Program-made: the position numbers and the translations under genes | Assembly (NCBI RefSeq): GCF_000315625.1 | Contig: NW_005434617.1 | Location: 355,085 to 419,084 of the forward strand | DNA: 64,000 nucleotides | Direction: 5' to 3' | Source of the DNA: Guillardia theta CCMP2712 | Lineage: Eukaryota; Protista; Cryptophyta | In this document: positions 53,000 through 63,649 of the stretch, in pieces | Numbering within the stretch: position 1 is the stretch's first letter | Layout: the number at the start of each line of letters is the position of its first letter | Notes under the pieces: model-generated | Databases searched by the model: none | What the model was told of the DNA's origin: nothing | Seen by the model: the letters and a program-made list of their open reading frames with translations, nothing else

Positions 53000-53419
53000 A
53001 CGTCGCGAGGTGAGACTCGTTGAAAAGGATCCAGGTCTCGTGCTCCATCTCCCTACCGCTACCTTTTAAGGTCGATTCACACAGTCCTTCCTTGGTTCCC
53101 CGCACGCATGGCTGCTCAATCCGTCGCCTGTTCCTCTCCCTCCCTCTCCCTCCCTCTCAAGCCCAAGAAGCTGCTCCGCCTCTCCCCTGCTCAGCTCCAG
53201 TACCTGCAGGCTCATCCTCCCCCGCCCCCTCATCGTCCGCCCGCTGTGCAGGAGGGAGCGTGTCTGCAGAACATCCTGGAAGCGAGGAAGCGGTGGGAGG
53301 AGGGCGTGAGCTCGCGGCGATCAAGACCGATGGGACGGGAGGGATCAGCGCGGGACATCACGGAGGCAGCGAGGGAGCTGCTGGGGAAGAGGTCGAGCGG
53401 ATGCGTCGAGCTTTCGTAG
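53000..53419 (+). CDS. Repeated ORF of unknown function, copy 1
   Basis: ORF MAAQSVACSSPSLSLPLKPKKLLRLS...ITEAARELLGKR recurs essentially unchanged in each unit. No domain recognised. Confidence 0.35.
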
Positions 53420-53830
53420 TCTCTGCTTGCACAGATATGTACAACCACCTTCAAGACGCTCGAGTGACTCAGGCTTGTCGCACGTCTCGGAGAAGTCATG
53501 TTGGTAAAGTCGTCTCGGACGTCACGAGCAAGTCAAGGTTGTTCCAGACGTCACGAGCAAGTCAAGTCAAAGTCGTCTCAGACTACATGAACAAGCCAAG
53601 GTCGACCGCGAGGACGATGTCTCGTTTGAGCACATGCGAGGTTGATAGTCGTTGCAAGGTCAAGGCGAGACCTGTATGATAGCAGATAGATTGAAGGTCT
53701 TTGATGTCAAAGGGCTCCAATAAATGATGTGACAGCACGTGATCGATCGGGCGAGGTGTGCCAAGGAAGAAGCGGGTGATCACACAGAGACCTTGCAGAA
53801 GCCGTCTGCGTCATGCCACGTCAGAAGAGG

Positions 53831-54193
53831 TCACGCTCCAGCAGCTCTGAGCTGCTCGTCATCCACATCTTCCGACAGGTACCATGCCAGCCACGCCTCC
53901 TCGATCACGATCGGCTCTGCCTTGCGTCTCCTCGCGTACGGCCAGCGCCGAGCGCCTTGCAAGCTATCTTACAGCTCCTTCCTCCCTCGCAGTCGCATGT
54001 CCATCTCCCCTGCCTCCCGCCAGCCTTGGAGACTCCCCAGCTGCCGCGCCGCCTCGGGCTGGCTGAGGTGCATGAGAGCGCAGATCCGCTCACGGGTGAT
54101 GCGCTGGAAGAGAGGGCGACGATCCTGGCCGGGCGGAGGAGAGGAGGAGGCTCGAGGGTAGACGATGCGGACGGTCTGGAGGGGGGGAGGCAT
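53831..54193 (-). pseudogene. RWP-RK transcription factor pseudogene
   Basis: Exon 1 is intact, but the donor is mutated (GGGAGT) and the acceptor region is lost. A 7-bp deletion at the RWP motif gives ...GAGRTRGDARQSRS*. Confidence 0.75.
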
Positions 54194-54417
54194 GGCGGGA
54201 CGGAGGAGGCCTTGCGACAAGCTTGAAGGTGTCCGCGTGCCCAGCATAGCTCGAGCTGTTGGATACGCGACTGCAAGACTGCAGACCCACTAGGCAGTAA
54301 CAAAAACATGACCCCGCCAGCACACCCCAGGCATCACAAAACTCCTACAATGTACTCTCTGATCATCACATCCTCTAACCCACCAGCTACGTCCTCATAC
54401 ATGGCTCCATGTCCTCA

Positions 54418-56493
54418 TCATCCGCCACGCCCTTCCCAGCTCTCTGTCTGGGCCCTCAGCGCAGCCTCGAGCTCCTCCAGTCCCTGCAAACCATGGCCAT
54501 TATCCTTCACCCTGTCCTCCCTGCCTCCCTGCCTCCCTGCCTCCCTGCCTTGCTTCTTCAGAAAACGTCCGCTGTCACCGGCAGATCCTCCTCCCAGCCC
54601 CTCCGTGCACTCACCTCCTGCTGCCGCCCTATCACCGACCCCGGACGTATCAGCCGCATCCATCCGATCGCCTCCCTCGCCCTCATGCCGTAGGTTCGCA
54701 TCATGTACGCAGCTGCCGTGACCCCCCCTCGCTCGTCAGCTCCTCTCTCCTCCCGCCCCCCTCGCCCGCCTACCTGCCGCGGTCCCCGTCTTCCCCAGCC
54801 CGTGCTCGCAGTGCACCGCCCCCGCCCCGTCTGTCCCGTCCACGGCCTCTGCCAGCCGCCTCACCGCCACCGGCGACGGCGCCTCCCAGTCCTCGTCGGC
54901 GAGGTCGAGCACCTCGATCCCGCAAGCCTGTCCGCCCCTTCCCCGTCAGCCTCTGCCGAGCCCCTCCGGCTCTCCGTCGCCTCCTACCTCCAGCGCCTCC
55001 TTGCGGTAGGCCGGCTCTTTGCTCAGCCGGATGATGCGTCTGACTCGCATGTCTCCGAGCAGCTCCCCGACGTACCGCGGGTGGAACTGCGCCTCGTCAC
55101 CTGCTCCCGCCCCGCGCTCTCGCTTCCTCCCGCCTACCACGCGCACGAAGCCCTCGTCCCACCAGTCTCGCTCCCCCATGGAGTCCGACGGCGCCTGCGC
55201 GTGCGGTCGGCTCAGCGGCGTGTCGGGTCCAGCAGAGCTGGAGCAAGCCCAGGGCACCTTGAGCGCGACCAGCTTGCCCGGCACAACCTGATGAAGCCCG
55301 CCGTTGTACGGGTTGTCGTAGTGCTCGTACTCCTGTGCGCCGAGTCGCGTCAGCCGTACGGGCCGACAGCCTGTCTTGGCCTACCTCGAGGTCGAGCTCG
55401 CATCCTCCCCTCCGGTCCCAGCTTGATATCCACCCCAGCTCCTATCGCAGCAGCGCTCAGNNNNNNNNNNNNNNNNNNNNNNNNNNNNNNNNNNNNNNNN
55501 NNNNNNNNNNNNNNNNNNNNNNNNNNNNNNNNNNNNNNNNNNNNNNNNNNNNNNNNNNNNCTCACTGACGTCAGCAGCGTCTGCGTACCTTGGCCCTCCA
55601 TAGCCCTGCCCACACGTCCTCGATCAGCAGCTCAAACCTGCTCGACCCCGCAGCGACTGAGCCGCCTCATGTCAGCTCCCGCACCCTCCTTGACGAGCTC
55701 AGCTCGCTCACTGTCGCGGTACGGGGGGAGGCTCCGGAGGGCCCGCCTTGCTTCAGCGCTCATGTCCGGCATCGCGTCCTGGCACCTGCCCTCGAGGATC
55801 TGCCACACGACCCCCGACCCTCCCGGTCAGATCTCCTCCCTCCCGCCCCCGAGCTCGCGCCAGGGTGCCGTACCAAGTGAGCCCCGACCAGCATGACAGC
55901 GTTGGCGCAAGCTTCTGCCTCGTGCGGACACGTGAGGACGACCGTCTGCTCCAGCAGCTGAGCTCTCGCGATCTCGCACTCCCCACCTCCCTGCGCCTCC
56001 TCCGCGCCCTCACCTTGTCCTCGCGGCTTCGCAGCCTTGCCGTGAGGGCCTCCGAGAACCGCATCACCGCGCTGTCCCCGCAGCATGTCAGCCCATGACG
56101 GGACGCGGCTGACCCTCCTGCCGCCTGACCTGATGCTGACCGGCCCGAAGTCTCGCCCGTAGGGGAAGTACTCGAGGAAGCGACTCATCTCCATCTCCTC
56201 CTGCCTCCTGCACGCGCGTCAGCTCCTCCGACGTCACGGGGCTTGTCTGCTCTCATAGCAAGAGCAAGCGAGCAGCAGCCGGCTGCCCTACCGGGGGTCG
56301 AGGCTGGTCTCGTCCGAGCAGCCGGCGGCGAGGGAGATCCTGTCGGCGAGGTCGATACTGCAGTGAGAGAGACCAGGGCCGGAGAGTCAGCTAGACACAC
56401 GAGCATGGCGACAGGACTGACGCACATGGTGCCGGCGAGCCATGGGAGGTCTTTGGACGCCTCGTCGTGAGGGTGGGTAGTCGAGATACGCAT
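54418..56493 (-). CDS. Cdc14-like dual-specificity phosphatase, copy 2 (CX5K; contains an N gap)
   Basis: Same motifs as copy 1, with DFGPV. The C-terminus differs by a 1-nt indel. Confidence 0.8.
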
Positions 56494-56830
56494 ACGGGAG
56501 CTTGAGCGAGGAGCGAAGACCGAGGAGCTGGAGGCGGCGGAGGGCTGAGAGGTAGAGGAGGCAGAGGGCAGCGAAGAGCTTGCGTGAGGGGAGGAGAGGG
56601 AAGGAGAGTTGGTCATGGCGATGCTTTTGACTGCGGGGGAACGTAGAGGGCGAGAGGGGAAAAAGAAATCGGGGAAGACGATGAAAGAGACCCAGGTCTC
56701 GTGGTACTGTGACTTGAGACTGAAAAGAAGCTTTTTCGACTCGTATCCCCGTATGTACTTGAGACTGCTTACATTCGACTGTCTCGATCGGACACCTTAA
56801 ACCTTGTCGCAAGGCCTCCTCCGTCCCGCC

Positions 56831-57376
56831 ATGCCCCCCCCCCTCCAGACCGTCCGCATCGTCTACCCTCGAGCCTCCTCCTCTTCTCCGCCCGGCCAGG
56901 ATCGTCGCCCTCTCTTCCAGCGCATCACCCGTGAGCGGATCTGCGCTCTCATGCACCTCAGCCAGCCCGAGGCGGCGCGGCAGCTGGTGAGTCTCCAAGC
57001 TGGCGGGAGGCAGGGGAGATGGACGTGCGACTGCGAGGGAGGGAGCGAGGAGCTTGGGATGAGCGTGGGGAGGGAGCGAGAGGCTATCTGCCTACAGACT
57101 CCAGCAAGTGCCGTACGCTGACGTGGCTGTGTTTCCTCTCAGGGCCTCTCCGTCTCAGCCCTCAAGAAAGCTTGTAAGGCGCTCGGCGCTGGCCGCTGGC
57201 CGTACGCGAGGAGACGCAAGGCAGAGCCGATCGTGATCGAGGAGGCGTGGCTGGCATGGTACCTGTCGGCAGATGTGGATGAGGAGAGGTGTGAAGGCGA
57301 AGCGGGCTGGGGTCACGATAAGGGCGAGCAAGCGAGCGACGACGAGGAGCGAGAGGGAGGTCTGGAAGCGATGTGA
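56831..57376 (+). CDS. RWP-RK domain transcription factor (129 aa; exons 56831-56986 and 57143-57376)
   Basis: VYPR...ITRERICALMHLSQPEAARQL/GLSVSALKKACKALGAGRWPYARRRK followed by an acidic tail. The intron runs GTGAGT...CTGAC...CTCAG. Confidence 0.9.
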
Positions 57377-57477
57377 CAGCGTGAGGGTGAGGATAGGAAG
57401 AGAAGGGCGTGCAGGTAGATCAAACAATCAATGAAGAGACTTTACCAAGGCCGTCTGCGTCTTTTCTCCCACATGTA

Positions 57478-57596
57478 TACCGTGACAGTGAGCGAGCTGA
57501 CCCGTCCAGGAGGGCGCGGGATCTGACGTCAGGCGGCTCAGTCGCTGCGGGGTCAAGCAGGTCTGAGCTGCTGATCGAGGACGTGTGGGCAGGGCC
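57478..57596 (+). pseudogene. Inverted, diverged fragment of the Cdc14-like gene
   Basis: Reverse complement of ~51236-51352 with substitutions. It encodes GSSRSELLIEDVWAG. Confidence 0.85.
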
Positions 57597-57659
57597 GAGA
57601 TGGGGACCACGGCAGGTAGCGAAGCCCAGCAAAGTCTCTGCATTCATGAGTCATTCTCT

Positions 57660-57905
57660 ACAGCTTTCTTGAGAGGAAAGGGAAGGAAACACAGCCACGT
57701 CAGCGTACGGCACTTGCTGGAGTCTGTAGGCAGATAGCCTCTCGCTCCCTCCCCACGCTCATCCCGAGCTCCTCGCTCCCTCCCTCGCAGTCGCACGTCC
57801 ATCTCCCCTGCCTCCCGCCAGCCTTGGAGACTCACCAGCTGCCGCGCCGCCTCGGGCTGGCTGAGGTGCATGAGAGCGCAGATCCGCTCACGGGTGATGC
57901 GCTGG
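57660..57905 (-). pseudogene. Partial inverted RWP-RK copy (end of exon 1 + intron)
   Basis: QRITRERICALMHLSQPEAARQL plus the intron, then degenerate LKKAV. Confidence 0.85.
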
Positions 57906-58359
57906 ACTCTGATGGCCAGATGCGGGAGCGGGAACGAGGGACCTGTTATGCAGCCTGTCATGGCGATGCCGTGGAATGAGGGGGGATGGGGGCATGAAGC
58001 TCGTTCGCTTCAGAATGGTGAGATATCTGGCTGGTGCTCTCTGAGGTCGGCTCAGCGTAAAAGCTCCAGGTTTTTATCAGACTGCACGGAAGGGTGGGGT
58101 CCTCAACCCCGGAGCCTCCGAGGCATCGGATGGGTACACGGACTACAGGATCTCACGCCTCTACGGGCCGGTAGGGAGCTGAAGCGCTCGATTATTGAAG
58201 CAGGCAGAGGGGAACAAACGAAATATAGATCGTTCGCCTGTCTAGTCGCAGGCGATGGGGAACAAGGCATAGAAATTGCTGTAAAAGTCGTTGTACATCA
58301 GATCCGACGAGACTGAGATACATTACTGAATGGCTCACGAGACCTCCGAGGTATTCACC

Positions 58360-58783
58360 AAACGTCGCGAGGTGAGACTCGTTGAAAAGGATCCAGGTCT
58401 CGTGCTCCATCTCCCTACCGCTACCTTGTATAAGGTCGATTCACATAGTCCTTCCTTGGTTCCCCGCACGCATGGCTGCTCAATCCGTCGCCTGTTCCTC
58501 TCCCTCCCTCTCCCTCCCTCTCAAGCCCAAGAAGCTGCTCCGCCTCTCCCCTGCTCAGCTCCAGTACCTGCAGGCTCACCCTCCCCCGCCCCCTCATCGT
58601 CCGCCCGCTGTGCAGGAGGGAGCGTGTCTGCAGAACATCCTGGAAGCGAGGAAGCGGTGGGAGGAGGGCGTGAGCTCGCGGCGATCAAGACCGATGGGAC
58701 GGGAGGGATCAGCGCGGGACATCACGGAGGCAGCGAGGGAGCTGCTGGGGAAGAGGTCGAGCGGATGCGTCGAGCTTTCGTAG
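58360..58783 (+). CDS. Repeated ORF of unknown function, copy 2
   Basis: Near-identical to 53000-53419. Confidence 0.35.
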
Positions 58784-58806
58784 TCTCTGCTTGGTAAAGT
58801 CGTCTC

Positions 58807-58885
58807 AGACGGCACGAGCAAGTCAAGGTTGTTCCAGACGGCACGAGCAAGTCAAGGTTGTTCCAGACGGCACGAGCAAGTCAAG
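58807..58885. repeat. 29-bp tandem repeat (CAGACGGCACGAGCAAGTCAAGGTTGTTC), ~3 copies here versus ~2 at 53518-53570
   Basis: Seen directly in the sequence. Copy number differs between units. Confidence 0.85.
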
Positions 58886-59149
58886 TCAAAGTCGTCTCAG
58901 ACTACATGAACAAGCCAAGGTCGACCGCGAGGACGATGTCTCGTTTGAGTGCACGCGAGGTTGATAGTCGTTGCAAGGTCAAGGCGAGACCTGTATGATA
59001 GCAGATAGATTGAAGGTCTTTGATGTCAAAGGGCTCAAATAAACGATGTGATAGCACGTGATCGATCGGGCGAGGTGTGCCAAGGAAGAAGCGGGTGATC
59101 ACACAGAGACCTTGCAGGAGCCGTCTGCGTCATGCCACGTCAGAAGAGG

Positions 59150-59618
59150 TCACGCTCCAGCAGCTCTGAGCTGCTCGTCATCCACATCTTCCGACAGGTA
59201 CCATGCCAGCCACGCCTCCTCGATCACGATCGGCTCTGCCTTGCGTCTCCTCGCGTACGGCCAGCGCCGAGCGCCTTACAAGCTTTCTTGAGGGCTGAGA
59301 CGGAGAGGCCCTGAAGGAAACACAGCCACGTCAGCGTACGGCACTTGCTGGAGTCTGTAGGCAGATAGCCTCTCGCTCCCTCCCCACGCTCATCCCAAGC
59401 TCCTCGCTCCCTGGCAGTCGCACGTCCATCTTCCCTGCCTCCTGCCAGCTTTGGAGACTCACCAGCTGCCGCGCCGCCTCGGGCTGGCTGAGGTGCATGA
59501 GAGCGCAGATCCTCTCACGGGTGATGCGCTGGAAGAGAGGGCAACGATCCTGGCCGGGCGGAGGAGAGGAGGAGGCTCGAGGGTAGACGATGCGGACGGT
59601 CTGGAGGGGGGGGGGCAT
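59150..59618 (-). pseudogene. RWP-RK copy with intact intron but frameshift at the RWP motif
   Basis: Splice sites are preserved. One GCTGGCC heptamer is missing, giving KKACKALGAGRTRGDARQSRS*. Confidence 0.8.
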
Positions 59619-59842
59619 GGCGGGACGGAGGAGGCCTTGCGACAAGCTTTAAGGTGTCCGCGTGCCCAGCATAGCTCGAGCTGTTGGATACACGACTGCA
59701 AGACTGCAGACCCACTAGGCAGTAACAAAAACATGACCCCGCCAGCACACCCCAGGCATCACAAAACTCCTACAATGCACTCTCTGGTCATCACATCCTC
59801 TAACCCACCAGCTACGTCCTCATACATGGCTCCATGTCCTCA

Positions 59843-61852
59843 TCATCCGCCACGCCCTTCCCAGCTCTCTGTCTGGGCCCTCAGCGCAGCCTCGAGCTCC
59901 TCCAGTCCCTGCAAACCATGGTCATTATTCTCCTCCACCCTGTCCTCCCTGCCTCCCTGCCTCTCTGCCTCCCTGCCTTGCTTCTTCAGAAAACGTCCGC
60001 TGTCACCGGCAGATCCTCCTCCCAGCCCCTCCGTGCACTCACCTCCTGCTGCCGCCCTATCACCGACCCCGGACGTATCAGCCGCATCCATCCGATCGCC
60101 TCCCTCGCCCTCATGCCGTAGGTTCGCATCATGTACGCAGCTGCCGTGACCCCCCCTCGCTCGTCAGCTCCTCTCTCCTCCCGCCCCCCTCGCCCGCCTA
60201 CCTGCCGCGGTCCCCGTCTTCCCCAGCCCGTGCTCGCAGTGCACCGCCCCCGCCCCGTCTGTCCCGTCCACGGCCTCTGCCAGCCGCCTCACCGCCACCG
60301 GCGACGGCGCCTCCCAGTCCTCGTCGGCGAGGTCGAGCACCTCGATCCCGCAAGCCTGTCCGCCCCTTCCCCGTCAGCCTCTGCCGAGCCCCTCCGGCTC
60401 TCCGTCGCCTCCTACCTCCAGCGCCTCCTTGCGGTAGGCCGGCTCTTTGCTCAGCCGGATGATGCGTCTGACTCGCATGTCTCCGAGCAGCTCCCCGACG
60501 TACCGCGGGTGGAACTGCGCCTCGTCACCTGCTCCCGCCCCGCGCTCTCGCTTCCTCCCGCCTACCACGCGCACGAAGCCCTCGTCCCACCAGTCTCGCC
60601 CCCCCATGGAGTCCGACGGCGCCTGCGCGTGCGGTCGGCTCAGCGGCGTGTCGGGTCCAGCAGAGCTGGAGCAAGCCCAGGGCACCTTGAGCGCGACCAG
60701 CTTGCCCGGCACAACCTGATGAAGCCCGCCGTTGTACGGGTTGTCGTAGTGCTCGTACTCCTGTGCGCCGAGTCGCGTCAGCCGTACGGGCCGACAGCCT
60801 GTCTTGGCCTACCTCGAGGTCGAGCTCGCATCCTCCCCTCCGATCCCAGCTTGATATCCACCCCAGCTCCTATCGCAGCAGCGCTCAGGCCAGCGGCTGA
60901 CTGCCCCCCCCCCCCTCCTCCAACTGACGTCAGCAGCGTCTGCGTACCTTGGCCCTCCATAGCCCTGCCCACACGTCCTCGATCAGCAGCTCAAACCTGC
61001 TCGACCCCGCAGCGACTGAGCCGCCTCATGTCAGCTCCCGCACCCTCCTTGACGAGCTCAGCTCGCTCACTGTCGCGGTACGGGGGGAGGCTCCGGAGGG
61101 CCCGCCTTGCTTCAGCGCTCATGTCCGGCATCGCGTCCTGGCACCTGCCCTCGAGGATCTGCCACACGACCCCCGACCCTCCCGGTCAGATCTCCTCCCT
61201 CCCGCCCCCGAGCTCGCGCCAGGGTGCCGTACCAAGTGAGCCCCGACGAGCATGACAGCGTTGGCGCAAGCTTCTGCCTCGTGCGGACACGTGAGGACGA
61301 CCGTCTGCTCCAGCAGCTGAGCTCTCGCGATCTCGCTCTCCCTACCTCCCTGCGCCTCCTCCGCGCCCTCACCTTGTCCTCGCGGCTTCGCAGCCTTGCC
61401 GTGAGGGCCTCCGAGAACCGCATCACAGCGCTGTCCCCACAGCATGTCAGCCCATGACGGGACGCGGCTGACCCTCCTGCCGCCTGACCTGATGCTGACC
61501 GGCCCGAAGTCTCGCCCGTAGGGGAAGTACTCGAGGAAGCGACTCATCTCCATCTCCTCCTGCCTCCTGCACGCGCGTCAGCTCCTCCGACGTCACGGGG
61601 CTTGTCTGCTCTCATAGCAAGAGCAAGCGAGCAGCAGCCGGCTGCCCTACCGGGGGTCGAGGCTGGTCTCGTCCGAGCAGCCGGCGGCGAGGGAGATCCT
61701 GTCGGCGAGGTCGATACTGCAGTGAGAGAGACCAGGGCCGGAGAGTCAGCTAGACACACGAGCATGGCGACAGGACTGACGCACATGGTGCCGGCGAGCC
61801 ATGGGAAGTCTTGGGACGCCTCGTCGAGAGGGTGGGTAGTCGAGATACGCAT
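59843..61852 (-). CDS. Cdc14-like dual-specificity phosphatase, copy 3 (CX5K, gap-free)
   Basis: Same motifs. AVHCEHGLGKTGT lies at ~60209-60247. Confidence 0.8.
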
Positions 61853-62190
61853 ACGGGAGCTTGAGCGAGGAGCGAAGACCGAGGAGCTGGAGGCGGCGGA
61901 GGGCTGAGAGGTAGAGGAGGCAGAGGGCAGCGAAGAGCTTGCGTGAGGGGAGGAGAGGGAAGGAGAGTTGGTCATGGCGATGCTTTTGACTGCGGGGGAA
62001 CGTAGAGGGCGAGAGGGGCAAAAAGAAATCGGGGAAGACGATGAAAGAGACCCAGGTCTCGTGGTACCTCGACTTGAGACTGAAAAGAAGCTTTTTCGAC
62101 TCATATCCCCGTATGTACTTGAGACTGCTTCGTTTCGACTGTCTCGATCGGACACCTTAAAGCTTGTCGCAAGCCCTCCTCCGTCCCGCC

Positions 62191-62663
62191 ATGCCTCCCC
62201 CCCTCCAGACCGTCCGCATCGTCTACCCTCGAGCCTCCTCCTCTTCTCTGCCCGGCCAGGCTCGTCGCCCTCTCTTCCAGCGCATCACCCGTGAGCGGAT
62301 CTGCGCTCTCATGCACCTCAGCCAGCCCGAGGCGGCGCGGCAGCTGGTGAGTCTCCAGGCTGGCGGGAGGCAGGGGAGATGGACGTGCGACTGCGAGGCC
62401 GTACGCTGACGTGGCTGTGTTTCCCTCAGGGCCTCTCCGTCTCAGCCCTCAAGAAAGCTTGTAAGGCGCTCGGCGCTGGCCGCTGGCCGTACGCGAGGAG
62501 ACGCAAGGCAGAGCCGATCGTGATCGAGGAGGCGTGGCTGGCATGGTACCTGTCGGCAGATGTGGATGAGGAGAGGTGTGAAGGCGAAGCGGGCTGGGGT
62601 CACGATAAGGGCGAGCAAGCGAGCGACGAGGAGGAGAGAGAGGGAGGTCTGGAAGCGATGTGA
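62191..62663 (+). CDS. RWP-RK transcription factor, second intact copy (exons 62191-62346 and 62430-62663)
   Basis: Nearly the same protein as 56831-57376. The intron is 83 nt versus 156 nt. Confidence 0.9.
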
Positions 62664-62765
62664 CAGCGTGAGGGTGAGGATAGGAAGAGAAGGGCGTGCA
62701 GGTAGATCAAACAATCAATGAAGAGACTTTACCAAGGCCGTCTGCGTCTTTTCTCCCACATGTAT

Positions 62766-63180
62766 ACCGTGACAGTGAGCGAGCTGACCCGTCAAGGAGG
62801 GCGCGGGAGCTGACGTCAGGCGGCTCAGTCGCTGCGGGGTCAAGCAGGTCTGAGCTGCTGATCGAGGACGTGTGGGCAGGGCCGAGTAAGACGGCAAAGC
62901 CCAGCAAATTCTCTGCATTCATGAGTCATTCTCTACAGCTTTCTTGAGAGGAAAGGGAAGGAAACACAGCCACGTCAGCGTACGGCACTTGCTGGAGTCT
63001 GTAGGCAGATAGCCTCTCGCTCCCTCCCCACGCTCATCCCAAGCTCCTCGCTCCCTCCCTCGCAGTCGCACGTCCATCTCCCCTGCCTCCCGCCAGCCTT
63101 GGAGACTCCCCAGCTGCCGCGCCGCCTCGGGCTGGCTGAGGTGCATGAGAGCGCAGATCCGCTCACGGGTGATGCGCTGG
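62766..63180. pseudogene. Inverted Cdc14 fragment (+) followed by partial RWP-RK copy (-), unit 3
   Basis: Equivalent to 57478-57905. The RWP-RK donor here is mutated to GGGAGT. Confidence 0.8.
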
Positions 63181-63649
63181 ACTCTGATGGCCAGATGCGG
63201 GAGCGAGAACGAGGGACCTGTCATGCTGCCTGTCATCTGCCTGTCATGGCGATGCCGTGGAATGAGGGGGGATGGGGGCATGAAGCTCGTTCGCTTCAGA
63301 ATTGTGAGATATCTGGCTGGTGCTCTCTGAGGTCGGCTCAGCGTAAAAGCTCCAGGTTTTTATCAGACTGCACGGAAGGGTGGGGTCCTCAACCCCGGAG
63401 CCTCCGAGGCATCGGATGGGTACACGGACTACAGGATCTCACGCCTCTACGGGCCGGTAGGGAGCTGAAGCGCTCGATTATTGAAGCAGGCAGAGGGGAA
63501 CAAACGAGATAGAGATCGTTCGCCTTTCTAGTCGCAGGCGATGGGGAATAAGGCATAGAAATTGCTGTAAAAGTCGTTGTATATCAGATCCGACGAGACT
63601 GAGATACATTACAGTGAATGGCTCACGAGACCTCCGAGGCATTCACCAA

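Noticed and set aside
54703-55896. Long + strand ORFs (397, 374 and 294 aa) in the array
   Set aside because: They are antisense shadows of the GC-rich Cdc14-like exons, and the - strand carries the conserved motifs.
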